NCBI GenBank assembly: GCA_964357975.1
Contig: CAYHNG010000004.1
Location: 6,380 to 70,379, forward strand
DNA length: 64,000 nucleotides
Reading direction: 5' to 3'
Source: an uncultured Pseudomonadales bacterium
Lineage (GTDB): Bacteria; Patescibacteriota; Microgenomatia; UBA1400; MFAQ01
Positions within the stretch are counted from its first letter, which is position 1. Every line of letters starts with the position of its first letter. The notes under the pieces are model-generated. The model did no database searches. It had not been told where the DNA came from and worked only from the letters and a program-made list of their open reading frames with translations. Shown piece by piece: positions 48,375-57,712 of the stretch. The translations under genes were made by a program, and so were the position numbers.

Positions 48375-50423
48375 ATGGACTTTCAACTAGAATCAACCTA
48401 CCGCCCAACTGGAGACCAGCCTAATGCCATTGAAAAATTGGCTATTTCTATCGACCAACAAAACCCGCATCAAACTTTAGTAGGGGTTACTGGTAGTGGC
48501 AAGACGTTTACCATAGCGAACGTCATCCAGAAAACTCAGCTTCCCACCCTAGTCATGTGTCACAACAAAACGCTTGCTTCTCAGCTATACCAAGAGTTTC
48601 GGGACTTTTTCCCTCACAACGCCGTTTCCTATTTTGTTTCTTACTACGATTACTACCAGCCGGAGGCCTACATTCCCCAAACCGACACATATATCGAGAA
48701 GGAAGCCGACATCAATCCAGAAATCGACAAATTTCGCCTGACTACCACGGCTAATCTTTTATCTCGCCCGGACAGTATCGTGGTCGCCTCGGTTTCCTGT
48801 ATTTATAATATCGGCTCTCCGCTCGATCAGGAGCAAAACCTTTTGCCCTTAGCCCGTGGACAAGTAATCTCCCGGGATACTGTTCTTATGCGTCTTTCGG
48901 ACCTTCAATATACCAGGACAGCTTCCGAGCTCACGCGAGGCATGTACCGGGCAGTTGGTAGTACCGTACAACTATATCCTTCCTACAAAGATATTATTAT
49001 TTCCATGAGTTTTGAGGGGAATACGCTCGCCAATATCGAGATTCTTGATCCCTATAACTACACCCCTATCATCGACGAAGACTTGGAAAATACCGGCTTT
49101 CTGACTATTCATCCGGCTAAACTCTTTATCACTAACCCCAAAACTCAGGGGGACGCCATAGCCATAATTAGAAAAGACTTGGAAACCCAAGTAAAAGCTT
49201 TTAAAGATGCCGGTAAGATTATCGAAGCCCATCGGATAGAGCAAAAGGTCAATTACGATCTCTCCATGCTCGAAGAGGTTGGCTATGTCAGTGGAATCGA
49301 AAATTATTCTCGATACTTTGATGGTCGTGTAGCTGGATCTGCCCCATACTCCTTGTTTGAATATTTCCATTACAACGCCAAGAAATTTAACAAACCTGGC
49401 TTTCTGACGGTCATTGACGAGTCTCATATTTCTCTACCTCAAATCAGAGGTATGTATAACGGTGATCAAGCGCGCAAAGAAAATCTTATCAATTTTGGTT
49501 TTCGTCTCCCCAGCGCCAAAGACAACCGCCCGCTAACTTATACCGAGTGGCAGTCCAGAACTCCTATCAAACTTTACTGTTCCGCTACGCCCACCGAACA
49601 CGAACTCTCGCTTTCGCGTGGTAGTGTAATTCCCACAGTGGCTGAACAGCTTATTCGACCTACCGGTTTACTCGACCCGGAGATACGGGTTTTTCCTACT
49701 AAAGGTCAAATAGATCACCTCACTCAAGAGGTTATCAAAAGAAAAGAAAAGGGTGAAAGGACTTTAATTCTTACAATGACCAAAAGAATGGCCGAAGATC
49801 TTGCGGACCATTTAAAAGTAAAATACAACCTAAAAGTAGAATATCTTCACTCGGATATCCATACCATGGACCGGGCTGACATTTTGGACAAACTTCGCTT
49901 GGGAGACTTCGATTGCCTTGTCGGTATCAATCTCTTAAGAGAAGGGCTTGATTTACCGGAAGTGTCACTAGTAGCCATTCTCGATGCCGACAAAGAGGGT
50001 TTCTTGCGTACTTCAACGGCACTCATCCAAACCATGGGTCGAGCCGCCAGACACGTTAACGGAGAAGTCTATTTGTACGCCGATCGCATCTCAGACTCTA
50101 TGAAAATCGCTATGAGCGAAACTCTTCGCCGCAGGAAGATTCAAATGGATTACAACTCTGCGCACGGAATCACCCCTCAGGGCATTATTAAGCCCATTAG
50201 AGATCGTCTCTTTAAGCAAGAAAGCCAAAGCCCGGCACCGCGTATCAAAGAGCTGGCCGAACATGGCTGGACCGAAATTGACGATATAAATCCCGAAGCC
50301 CTTACACCTCAGAAAAAAAAGATTCTCGTTGTCAAGCTCAAAAAAATGATGAACCAAGCCGCCAACTCCTGGAACTTCGAGCTCGCCGCCCGCTACCGCG
50401 ACACCATCAAGAAACTACAATAA
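48375..50423 (+). CDS. uvrB: Excinuclease ABC subunit B
   Basis: PTGDQP, GVTGSGKT, FVSYYDYYQPEAY, DESH, GINLLREGLD and UVR tail. Confidence 0.97.
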   Translation: MDFQLESTYRPTGDQPNAIEKLAISIDQQNPHQTLVGVTGSGKTFTIANVIQKTQLPTLVMCHNKTLASQLYQEFRDFFPHNAVSYFVSYYDYYQPEAYIPQTDTYIEKEADINPEIDKFRLTTTANLLSRPDSIVVASVSCIYNIGSPLDQEQNLLPLARGQVISRDTVLMRLSDLQYTRTASELTRGMYRAVGSTVQLYPSYKDIIISMSFEGNTLANIEILDPYNYTPIIDEDLENTGFLTIHPAKLFITNPKTQGDAIAIIRKDLETQVKAFKDAGKIIEAHRIEQKVNYDLSMLEEVGYVSGIENYSRYFDGRVAGSAPYSLFEYFHYNAKKFNKPGFLTVIDESHISLPQIRGMYNGDQARKENLINFGFRLPSAKDNRPLTYTEWQSRTPIKLYCSATPTEHELSLSRGSVIPTVAEQLIRPTGLLDPEIRVFPTKGQIDHLTQEVIKRKEKGERTLILTMTKRMAEDLADHLKVKYNLKVEYLHSDIHTMDRADILDKLRLGDFDCLVGINLLREGLDLPEVSLVAILDADKEGFLRTSTALIQTMGRAARHVNGEVYLYADRISDSMKIAMSETLRRRKIQMDYNSAHGITPQGIIKPIRDRLFKQESQSPAPRIKELAEHGWTEIDDINPEALTPQKKKILVVKLKKMMNQAANSWNFELAARYRDTIKKLQ

Positions 50424-50425
50424 CA

Positions 50426-51067
50426 CTATTTTAGTTTCTTTCCTTTGAACACTGTTCCCCCTACTGCATCTTTAGACCGACTTGTGTCAATAACTCTTCC
50501 ATCTAGATCTGATAAATCATCTTGAACAATTCCATTCTCTTTAAGAAACCGTCTGATTATTCTTCTTGCCTCTTCCCCATACTGTCGACTTTCGTTCGTT
50601 CGGTTATCAAGCAGTATGTATATTATGGTTCCTTGACGGATAAATTTTTCCAACTGGCCAAGTAAATCATCCTCGACAATATTTCTAGGGTTTGGAGCGA
50701 TCATCATGATTAGATCTGCCTTAAACGAGGGAATGACTTCCACCTCACCAGGAACAAGTACTCTTTCTGCACCCATTTCGACTCGACGATCACCTCTTGC
50801 GACCTTCTGGTCAATAAAATATCCAAGTGCGACGTCCGCCCCAATCCACACATCGCCCGATCTTTGATCAACTGATAATCCTGGTGGTCTAAAACCTGGA
50901 CCCACATCCAGCACCCTGAATTTACTTCTTTCAATAATTTCCATAATTTGTGCCTTGCTCGCATCAAAAGTTTTTAGTCTAAAATCCAAAACTCTAGCAG
51001 AGAGCAGAGTGTCTGTTACTCTCTCTTTACCTAAATTGAATTCAGCAACAGCTGGGGATCCGATCAT
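50426..51067 (-). CDS. Hypothetical protein, possible Rossmann methyltransferase-like fold
   Basis: RVLDVGPG followed by WIGAD. Confidence 0.5.
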   Translation of the reverse strand: MIGSPAVAEFNLGKERVTDTLLSARVLDFRLKTFDASKAQIMEIIERSKFRVLDVGPGFRPPGLSVDQRSGDVWIGADVALGYFIDQKVARGDRRVEMGAERVLVPGEVEVIPSFKADLIMMIAPNPRNIVEDDLLGQLEKFIRQGTIIYILLDNRTNESRQYGEEARRIIRRFLKENGIVQDDLSDLDGRVIDTSRSKDAVGGTVFKGKKLK

Positions 51068-51098
51068 ATCTTCAGATTATAGCGAATATAATAACCAC

Positions 51099-51650
51099 AT
51101 GGACGAAACAAAATTAGTCAGCAATACATGGATCGAAAAAGGGGTGGCCATGAAATTTACTTGGTACCCAGGAGAGAATCTGGAACAGTTTCAGCCATTT
51201 AATCAAGTTTATGGTGTCGTCTTTAATGCAGACGGTCAAATGCTCATTCAAAGAAGGGGGTTAAGACCTTGGTGCCTGGCCGGAGGGACCGTTGAAGTAG
51301 GGGAGACCGCCGAAGAAACTCTCAGGCGCGAACTAATTGAAGAAGCCGATGTTACCGTCAAGAATCCCATTTTGCTCGGCGGGCAAAGAGTGCAATTTCC
51401 CGGCGGGCATAATCCTAATCCCGGCAAACGTGGTGGTGGTGATGATTTCTATCAACTCCGCTATTACTGCGAAGTTGACGAGGTGTTACCTCAAACACCC
51501 GATCCTGATCACGACATCATTAACGATCGCCTCTTTGTTCCCCAAACAGAGATAAATAATTATCTTAACTGGGGCATTACCGGACAAGTTATCTTCGACC
51601 AAGCCATCGCCCTCTGGCTTTCACTTCATCCAGTGCCGCTTGGTGGATAA
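51099..51650 (+). CDS. Nudix hydrolase
   Basis: LAGGTVEVGETAEETLRRELIEEAD Nudix box. Confidence 0.85.
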   Translation: MDETKLVSNTWIEKGVAMKFTWYPGENLEQFQPFNQVYGVVFNADGQMLIQRRGLRPWCLAGGTVEVGETAEETLRRELIEEADVTVKNPILLGGQRVQFPGGHNPNPGKRGGGDDFYQLRYYCEVDEVLPQTPDPDHDIINDRLFVPQTEINNYLNWGITGQVIFDQAIALWLSLHPVPLGG

Positions 51651-52155
51651 ACCCGTAGACCTTACCATAATCTCCCCAAGAGAACTTTCCACCCGGGTGT
51701 TCAAAGAAATTATCACTGGCTAATCCAAAATAATTTGCTACGAGCTGACGATATTCGGCTTCGTCCATCCTGACCACATCGGAAACGTCATCTCCCGAAA
51801 TCAATTCCTTCATTCCAAGCGGGAGGTAATAAACAAAAGCCGTATGAGAAAATTTTTCTTCTTTAAAAGCACCCTCAACATTTACCCGAATCAACGGGAC
51901 AAATTTCTCTGCCGGTTCCTTAATACCAAGTTCTTCTTCAGTTTCTCTGATAGCTGCAGAAAGGACATCTTCACCGTCGTTAATTCCGCCACCAATCATT
52001 CTCACAATCCCTTCCGGGTAAAATCCCTTCTTGTCTCCCAAGATAAATTTTCCGGAACCATCTTTTCCCAGAATCAAGACAGTTCTATCCCGATATCGTA
52101 AATTTTCAAAAGGTAAATGAGATAGTTCAACCTTACAATCAATTTCTTTAAACAT
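51589..52155 (-). CDS. Nudix hydrolase
   Basis: GGGINDGEDVLSAAIRETEEELG Nudix box. Confidence 0.85.
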   Translation of the reverse strand: MFKEIDCKVELSHLPFENLRYRDRTVLILGKDGSGKFILGDKKGFYPEGIVRMIGGGINDGEDVLSAAIRETEEELGIKEPAEKFVPLIRVNVEGAFKEEKFSHTAFVYYLPLGMKELISGDDVSDVVRMDEAEYRQLVANYFGLASDNFFEHPGGKFSWGDYGKVYGFIHQAALDEVKARGRWLGRR

Positions 52156-52178
52156 AATCAAATTATAATATTTCAAAA

Positions 52179-52748
52179 CTATTTACCGACATCCAACAAT
52201 TTCGTTAATTTCTGATAGTCGGTAATTCCGTTCTCCAAAACTGCTTTATAAATATCCGTACTGGAAACTCGATTCTTGTCGTCTCCTTCCATTTCTCTTA
52301 TTTGCTTAAGTCTCAATATTGCCAGTTTACTTTCAGGCGTCAGACTTTTTGCGTATCGTAAATCTCTCTCTGTTTTATCCTGTGGATATTTATCGACAAA
52401 CCAAATTTCTGTCTCCCATTTCACTCCATTTATTTCCGAGATCAAAACCACAATGAAACCCTTGAGTCGGCCCATTCTTGGAAATTTCACAAAATCCCCA
52501 TACTGATATTTTTGAAACTGCCTCTCTTCAATCAGCATTTTCATGACATTTACGGAGGCATGTCTTGGATCGCCGGTTTCCACTACGATATCGATATCCG
52601 GGCCGTACATCAAATTCAGACTCAAACTACCTATGATCGAGCATTTTCCATATTTTGAAAGCAGGGGAATCAATCCGGAGTCAGCCAGTATCCTATTGGC
52701 AATATCTTTTTGGCTTTCAGAATAATTCAGCAATTCAGCGTCGTTCAT
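52179..52748 (-). CDS. Polbeta-superfamily nucleotidyltransferase-like protein
   Basis: IGS-x9-DIDI motif and a later acidic strand (WETEIW). Confidence 0.6.
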   Translation of the reverse strand: MNDAELLNYSESQKDIANRILADSGLIPLLSKYGKCSIIGSLSLNLMYGPDIDIVVETGDPRHASVNVMKMLIEERQFQKYQYGDFVKFPRMGRLKGFIVVLISEINGVKWETEIWFVDKYPQDKTERDLRYAKSLTPESKLAILRLKQIREMEGDDKNRVSSTDIYKAVLENGITDYQKLTKLLDVGK

Positions 52749-52757
52749 TGTCTCATT

Positions 52758-52895
52758 TTACTCCAGTGCCAAGCCTACCGCGACCGAAGTAAAAGGGTCA
52801 AACTCGGTTACTTTCTCTTTTCCAGACATTTCAACGATCATTGATCCAAACCCGTCTGCATGATAAATTTGATCCTGACTAATATGCTTAGAAAG
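52758..52895 (-). pseudogene. Possible 3' remnant of an Hsp70-like (YegD-type) gene
   Basis: Open stretch ending GKEKVTEFDPFTSVAVGLALE-stop with no proper 5' part. Confidence 0.35.
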
Positions 52896-52928
52896 TCATC
52901 GTTCAGTGGTAAGACAGGGAACTTACAT

Positions 52929-53510
52929 TTAGATGTTACCGTAGCCCTTGTCACTTTTGAGTGCTCTGATGATTAGGTCCCGTATCAATTCAGATTTTGA
53001 TACACCCAACTCGTTTGATTTCCAGTCTAGGTACCCGTTTTCCAGGTTTTGAAGCACCAGGTTAAATCTTACTTTCTCAGAAAATTTTTTAGCCAGGGTG
53101 TTCTTTAAAATTTTGGCAACATCTTCCTTGGTATTGTAATAATTTACCGAAATTCGACTATCATCAACAAAATTAATCAACTTATTCTTCAAAATCTCCT
53201 TTGCGGACTCTTTGTAGAATATAAAAACAGGCTTGTTTTTTTGTAGAGCCAATGAAATCTGAAACCCAGTACTTAGGCCACCATTGGTCCCCTCAACAAC
53301 CACAATATCTGATCTAAGCAGATCTGAAGAGACAGATTTGTTGATCTTAGAGAAATCTAGAGTCGTCAGCCCCCTATATGCCTCTTTAGCCTCACCAATC
53401 CAGTCCCTTGTCAGGACGTTTCCAGTCTCAATAATGGCATCCTTTACAGCCATAATGTCTGGCATCCTAGCCTCAAAATTGTCTGTGGAGGTGGCAAAAA
53501 ATACTTTCAT
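52929..53510 (-). CDS. NDT-fold (nucleoside 2-deoxyribosyltransferase-like) domain fused to a C-terminal ribbon-helix-helix; putative regulator
   Basis: MKVFFATS, SDIVVVEGT...STGFQISLAL..NKPVFIFY, then KVRFNLVL...LDWKS...GVSKSELIRDLI. Confidence 0.7.
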   Translation of the reverse strand: MKVFFATSTDNFEARMPDIMAVKDAIIETGNVLTRDWIGEAKEAYRGLTTLDFSKINKSVSSDLLRSDIVVVEGTNGGLSTGFQISLALQKNKPVFIFYKESAKEILKNKLINFVDDSRISVNYYNTKEDVAKILKNTLAKKFSEKVRFNLVLQNLENGYLDWKSNELGVSKSELIRDLIIRALKSDKGYGNI

Positions 53511-53528
53511 CGTATTATAGAGTTGCTA

Positions 53529-53573
53529 TTGACAAATTATAACATATAGGTTATCATGCACACGAATGCGCAT
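53529..53573 (+). promoter_or_regulatory. Operon promoter with overlapping imperfect palindrome
   Basis: TTGACA-17-TATCAT. ATGCACA-cgaa-TGCGCAT at 53556-53573. Confidence 0.6.
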
Positions 53574-53587
53574 ATTAATTAAAGCTT

Positions 53588-54013
53588 ATGAAAATAACTA
53601 AAAGCTTTTCTTTTGCAATGGGTCATCGTTTACCCCTTCACTCGGGTAAATGTTCCAACTTTCATGGTCATAACTATGACGTGACTATTACTCTCGATTT
53701 TGAAACCGGCCAGAGCTTCATAGAAGGGGTCGGTTTTTTAATAGATTTTGGAGATATAAAAAAGTATGTTGACGAACGTTTTGATCATAAGTTCGTCATG
53801 CAGTCTTCAGATCCGTACTTGAAATCCATCGCACCGCTAGAGATACCCGGCTTGGTAGTGGTAGATTACGCCCCAACCGCCGAAAATTTGGCTACAGATA
53901 TTTCTCAAGGACTAAAACAATATATTTCAACACAAGGATTTAGTTCAAATCAGTTCAAGGTCATAGTCAAACTATGGGAAACCAGTAATTCATTTGTAAC
54001 TCAAATAGCCTAA
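53588..54013 (+). CDS. queD: 6-carboxy-5,6,7,8-tetrahydropterin synthase
   Basis: GHRL..HSGKC..FHGHNY, IDFGDIK, FDH, PTAEN and LWET motifs. Confidence 0.93.
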   Translation: MKITKSFSFAMGHRLPLHSGKCSNFHGHNYDVTITLDFETGQSFIEGVGFLIDFGDIKKYVDERFDHKFVMQSSDPYLKSIAPLEIPGLVVVDYAPTAENLATDISQGLKQYISTQGFSSNQFKVIVKLWETSNSFVTQIA

Positions 54014-54015
54014 AA

Positions 54016-54825
54016 ATGAAAATTCTTAAGGCGAGCGATATAACCACAAAATACTCCCCGACAAAAGAAGATCTTTCCAATCTAATAAAAAAGGACAACA
54101 CCTTTAAACTCTCTGGTGATCGCATCTTTCACACAATTCAAGGGGAAGGGGCAACACTGGGTAAACCAGCAACTTTTGTCAGACTACACTTCTGTAACTT
54201 ATCATGTTCCTGGTGTGACACCTGGTATACCTGGCACCGGGATACCGAACAGTATTACAAAGAACCTTTTGATATGAGCGTCTCCGAACTTCACCGGGGG
54301 ATTAGAAATGCACAAGCCGCAAAAGGTGTCTCTGAAGAAAATCACGTCTATCGAGTGATTTTTACCGGGGGTGAACCAATGCTTCAGCAAAATGAAATTG
54401 CCCAATTCTTAATCGAGAACCCGGTATACATCTGCGAAATAGAAACCAATGGAACCATAGCCCCAAATGAATTTCTGCAGAAGCTTTGCAAAGAGGACAG
54501 AATACGGTTCAACTGTTCCCCTAAATTGGCGAATTCAGGAAATAATTCAAAAATTGCCTTTAACCAAAACGTTCTGAAAATACTGGCAAGTTTCCCAACA
54601 ACGATATTTAAATTTGTCTGTAATAAACCCAATGACATCGATGAAATTCTGGAAAAATTCAACTTTTTACCTAGAGGGCAAATTGTCATTATGCCAGAGG
54701 GGGTTACAAAAGAAGAAAATGCCGGCGCTTACGAAAGGATTATTAACAAAATAATCGAGCTCAGTTTAACTACTTACCCAAGATTACAAAATATCTGCTT
54801 TGACGGGTCAAAGCGGGGTGTTTAA
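54016..54825 (+). CDS. queE: 7-carboxy-7-deazaguanine synthase (radical SAM)
   Basis: IFHTIQGEG, FVRL..CNLSCSWCDT, TGGEP, IETNGT and SPKL motifs. Confidence 0.93.
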   Translation: MKILKASDITTKYSPTKEDLSNLIKKDNTFKLSGDRIFHTIQGEGATLGKPATFVRLHFCNLSCSWCDTWYTWHRDTEQYYKEPFDMSVSELHRGIRNAQAAKGVSEENHVYRVIFTGGEPMLQQNEIAQFLIENPVYICEIETNGTIAPNEFLQKLCKEDRIRFNCSPKLANSGNNSKIAFNQNVLKILASFPTTIFKFVCNKPNDIDEILEKFNFLPRGQIVIMPEGVTKEENAGAYERIINKIIELSLTTYPRLQNICFDGSKRGV

Positions 54826-54830
54826 AAACA

Positions 54831-55379
54831 ATGACACAATCAAAAATTGAAGATGCGTTTAAAAAGGTCGTCTCGGAATTAAATCCAAATTGGGAAAGTG
54901 ATCCCGATATGAGGGAAACGCCTCACCGACTTGGTCGCTTCTACATGCATTTTTTCCGCAATGAGGATCCAAATGCTCACATGGGGAAACGTTTTCCAAC
55001 AAAAAACAGGAATTTCGTTATTGTCAAAAACATTGAATGTTTCGGTATGTGTCCTCATCATCTAACTCCTGTAATTTACAAAATAAATATTGGTTACCTT
55101 CCCGAAAAATGGGCACTTGGTTTAAGTAAGCTTGCTCGTGTCGCAGTTGCCTGTGCCAGTAGTCCCAAATTGCAAGAAAATCTTACCTCCGATATTGTTG
55201 ATTGTGTCTACAAGCAATTAAAACCAAACGGTGTTATTGCAACAGTAGAAGGTGTTCATGGTTGTATGAGATGTCGCGGCGTTGAACAAGATACATCGGC
55301 CGTAACGGTTGATTACCGAGGTAAAAAAATGAATGATCTTAAGATAAAAAACGAGTTTTATACTTTACTAAAAATATAA
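54831..55379 (+). CDS. folE: GTP cyclohydrolase I
   Basis: ETPHR, CPHHL, GLSKLAR, LQE and HGCMRCRGV motifs. Confidence 0.93.
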   Translation: MTQSKIEDAFKKVVSELNPNWESDPDMRETPHRLGRFYMHFFRNEDPNAHMGKRFPTKNRNFVIVKNIECFGMCPHHLTPVIYKINIGYLPEKWALGLSKLARVAVACASSPKLQENLTSDIVDCVYKQLKPNGVIATVEGVHGCMRCRGVEQDTSAVTVDYRGKKMNDLKIKNEFYTLLKI

Positions 55380-55864
55380 TGACTCCGATAATTCATAACT
55401 TTAGTTGGCAAGACATCTCCATCCTCTGTCAAAATATATCTAGAAAAATCGAGGCTGACAACTTTCAACCAGACATAATAGTTACTCCTCAAAGAGGAGG
55501 TTTTGTGCCAACGGCTATATTATCCCACCTATTAAGGTGCAGAGAGGTTATTGTCGTCGACATAAAAAGAACGTTGTCGGATGAAATTCATGCTGCCAAG
55601 ACCCCCCCGACCTTGACCAGTGATATCGACACGGAAAGACTTAAGGATAAAAAGATTCTTGTTATCGACGACATTATAGGGAGTGGAGAAACACTCCATT
55701 TTCTATTAAATATATTGGGAAAATGCAAGCCCAAAGCCATTAAGACCTCAATATTGGTCCAGAATGATGAGAATTTTGAAAAATCATTATTAAGAAACAA
55801 TTTGAAGCCTGATTACCTGGGCAAGAACGTTAGGGGTTGGGTAATATTTCCATGGGAGAAATAA
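55379..55864 (+). CDS. Type I (purine-like) phosphoribosyltransferase
   Basis: SW, RGG, PRPP loop ILVIDDIIGSGETL and terminal WVIFPWE, as in Gpt-like PRTases. Confidence 0.88.
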   Translation: MTPIIHNFSWQDISILCQNISRKIEADNFQPDIIVTPQRGGFVPTAILSHLLRCREVIVVDIKRTLSDEIHAAKTPPTLTSDIDTERLKDKKILVIDDIIGSGETLHFLLNILGKCKPKAIKTSILVQNDENFEKSLLRNNLKPDYLGKNVRGWVIFPWEK

Positions 55865-56412
55865 ATCTAACCTACAAGACAAAGCCCTTTGTCTTGACCG
55901 GCGGACCGGGAGTCGGGAAGACTATGACGGCAATAGGGCTTGAACTAAAAGGATATTTTGTAATTCCTGAGGTGGCTGAATCATACATAAAGCTGCAACA
56001 ACATCTTGGAGATAAATATCCGTGGGAGGACAAGAATTTTGAAGCCATCGTCCTGAGGTATCAGCTTCAAAAAGAATCCGTATTGAAGGAATTAAGGAAT
56101 GTCGGTCCGGTTTTTATTGATCGCGGTAATTTAGATGCACTTGCATATTATCAATATTATGATCGACCCATCAGTCCTTTAATGAAACAAGTGATTGCTT
56201 GCCACGAAAAAACCAAAATCTATAACAAGATATTCTTGCTAGAACAACTAGGAGGTGAAAAGACTACAGAAATACGAAAAGAAAATAGTTTTGAGTCTAA
56301 GTCTCTCGAATTGCTACAGGAAAAAAACTACCGAGATTTTGGATATGAAGTTATCAGAATACCAGCCCTGCCGTTAGCGGAACGGGTTAAATTAGTTATT
56401 TCGAAAATATAA
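55852..56412 (+). CDS. P-loop nucleoside/nucleotide kinase-like ATPase (NadR/AAA_28 type)
   Basis: VLTGGPGVGKT, PEVA, FIDRG..D..AY and ..ERV motifs. Confidence 0.8.
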   Translation: MGEINLTYKTKPFVLTGGPGVGKTMTAIGLELKGYFVIPEVAESYIKLQQHLGDKYPWEDKNFEAIVLRYQLQKESVLKELRNVGPVFIDRGNLDALAYYQYYDRPISPLMKQVIACHEKTKIYNKIFLLEQLGGEKTTEIRKENSFESKSLELLQEKNYRDFGYEVIRIPALPLAERVKLVISKI

Positions 56413-56419
56413 ACATACA

Positions 56420-57712
56420 GTGAACAATTACAAAAAATTGATCTTTATTGGGGCTGGTCCAGCCTCGTTATTGGCGGGAAACATTCTTTGGAAAAACGGA
56501 TTCCATGATTTCTTAATATTGGAAAAAGGATTGGGTGTACATGAAAGAAATAAATATGACAAAAACGAAAATATCTGTTCCAGTATCAACGGAATTGGCG
56601 GTGCTGGTTTATTCTCGGACGGTAAGTTGAATTTCTCTCCTCAAATCGGCGGTCTACCGCTTAAGATCATGTCTAGTGACAGATATCAAAAATGGTCAGA
56701 AGAGCTAAAAAACCTAATTCCTGCGAAAATTGTCGAAACCGACTTTTCCGGTATTGAAAACTTCAATAAATCGAACAAAGACATAAATTTTTTAGCTATC
56801 GAACAGCGCCATGTCGGTACCGATTATTTACCTGCTATCGTAGATAGGTTAATCGATGGTTTCGAGAAAAATATCCTTACCGACGTAGACGTAACAGATG
56901 TGACAAAAAAAGATTTTGGCTTTGAAATAATTCTAGCTGACGGAAGAACTTTGGAATGTGAAGAACTAGTGGTAGCTACCGGACAAAGAGGTGCGGCTTT
57001 TGCTAAAAAATTGGCTGTAAAAATGGGTGTAAATGTCTCCTCTGTTGTCGCCGATATTGGTGTCCGTCTAGAAACAGAAAAAAATATGTTTAAGGCCTTA
57101 ATCGACTTACAATATGATCCAAAGATTTATTTTAAATTTGGAAATAAGCCTACGGTTAGAACATTCTGTACTAATCCCGGAGGAGACGTTATCGTAGAAA
57201 ATAAAGGAGATTACGTCACAATAAATGGCCATGCAAGTATTACGGATCAGACAGACTTTACAAATACCGCACTCATGTGTCGCATTGAAAATCTCGAAAA
57301 TCCAAAAGAATACACGGAAAAACTCTGTCGTCGCATTTCTAGTGTCACCGGAAACAAGATAGGAGTTCAGGATATTTCTGAACTAATTGACACTAAACCC
57401 TGCAGTTTCAAGATTCGCATACCCTATGTGAAAATGGATATCCGTGAATATTACGATTCCTTAGCATATGAACCAATAGTTGAAACTTTAAAAAAACTCA
57501 ATAAAATTTTGGATAAAAAACTAGAGGGATACATCTATTTCCCCGAAGTAAAACTCTATAACGATCACATAGATATCAAAAAGGATAGTTTAGAAGCTCA
57601 GGGAACAAAAGGACTTTACTTTTTAGGTGATTGTTGCGGTGTTATCCACGGACTTACAAACGCATGCTTAGCCGGTCAATCGTTTGCTCATACTTATTTG
57701 GAAAATATATGA
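56420..57712 (+). CDS. FAD-dependent oxidoreductase (uncharacterised family)
   Basis: IGAGPASL, GIGGAGLFSDGKL, GVRLE, RTFCTNPGG, NGH and GLYFLGDC.G motifs. GTG start. Confidence 0.85.
   Translation: MNNYKKLIFIGAGPASLLAGNILWKNGFHDFLILEKGLGVHERNKYDKNENICSSINGIGGAGLFSDGKLNFSPQIGGLPLKIMSSDRYQKWSEELKNLIPAKIVETDFSGIENFNKSNKDINFLAIEQRHVGTDYLPAIVDRLIDGFEKNILTDVDVTDVTKKDFGFEIILADGRTLECEELVVATGQRGAAFAKKLAVKMGVNVSSVVADIGVRLETEKNMFKALIDLQYDPKIYFKFGNKPTVRTFCTNPGGDVIVENKGDYVTINGHASITDQTDFTNTALMCRIENLENPKEYTEKLCRRISSVTGNKIGVQDISELIDTKPCSFKIRIPYVKMDIREYYDSLAYEPIVETLKKLNKILDKKLEGYIYFPEVKLYNDHIDIKKDSLEAQGTKGLYFLGDCCGVIHGLTNACLAGQSFAHTYLENI

Noticed and set aside
53558-53587. preQ1 riboswitch upstream of queD
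   Set aside because: The leader is only about 25 nt and lacks the preQ1 stem-loop and A-rich tail.
53588-55379. Ordinary queuosine operon or dpd DNA-modification island
   Set aside because: No queC, queF, queA, tgt or dpdA-K in the window, and the downstream genes are unrelated to those pathways. They could still exist elsewhere in the genome.
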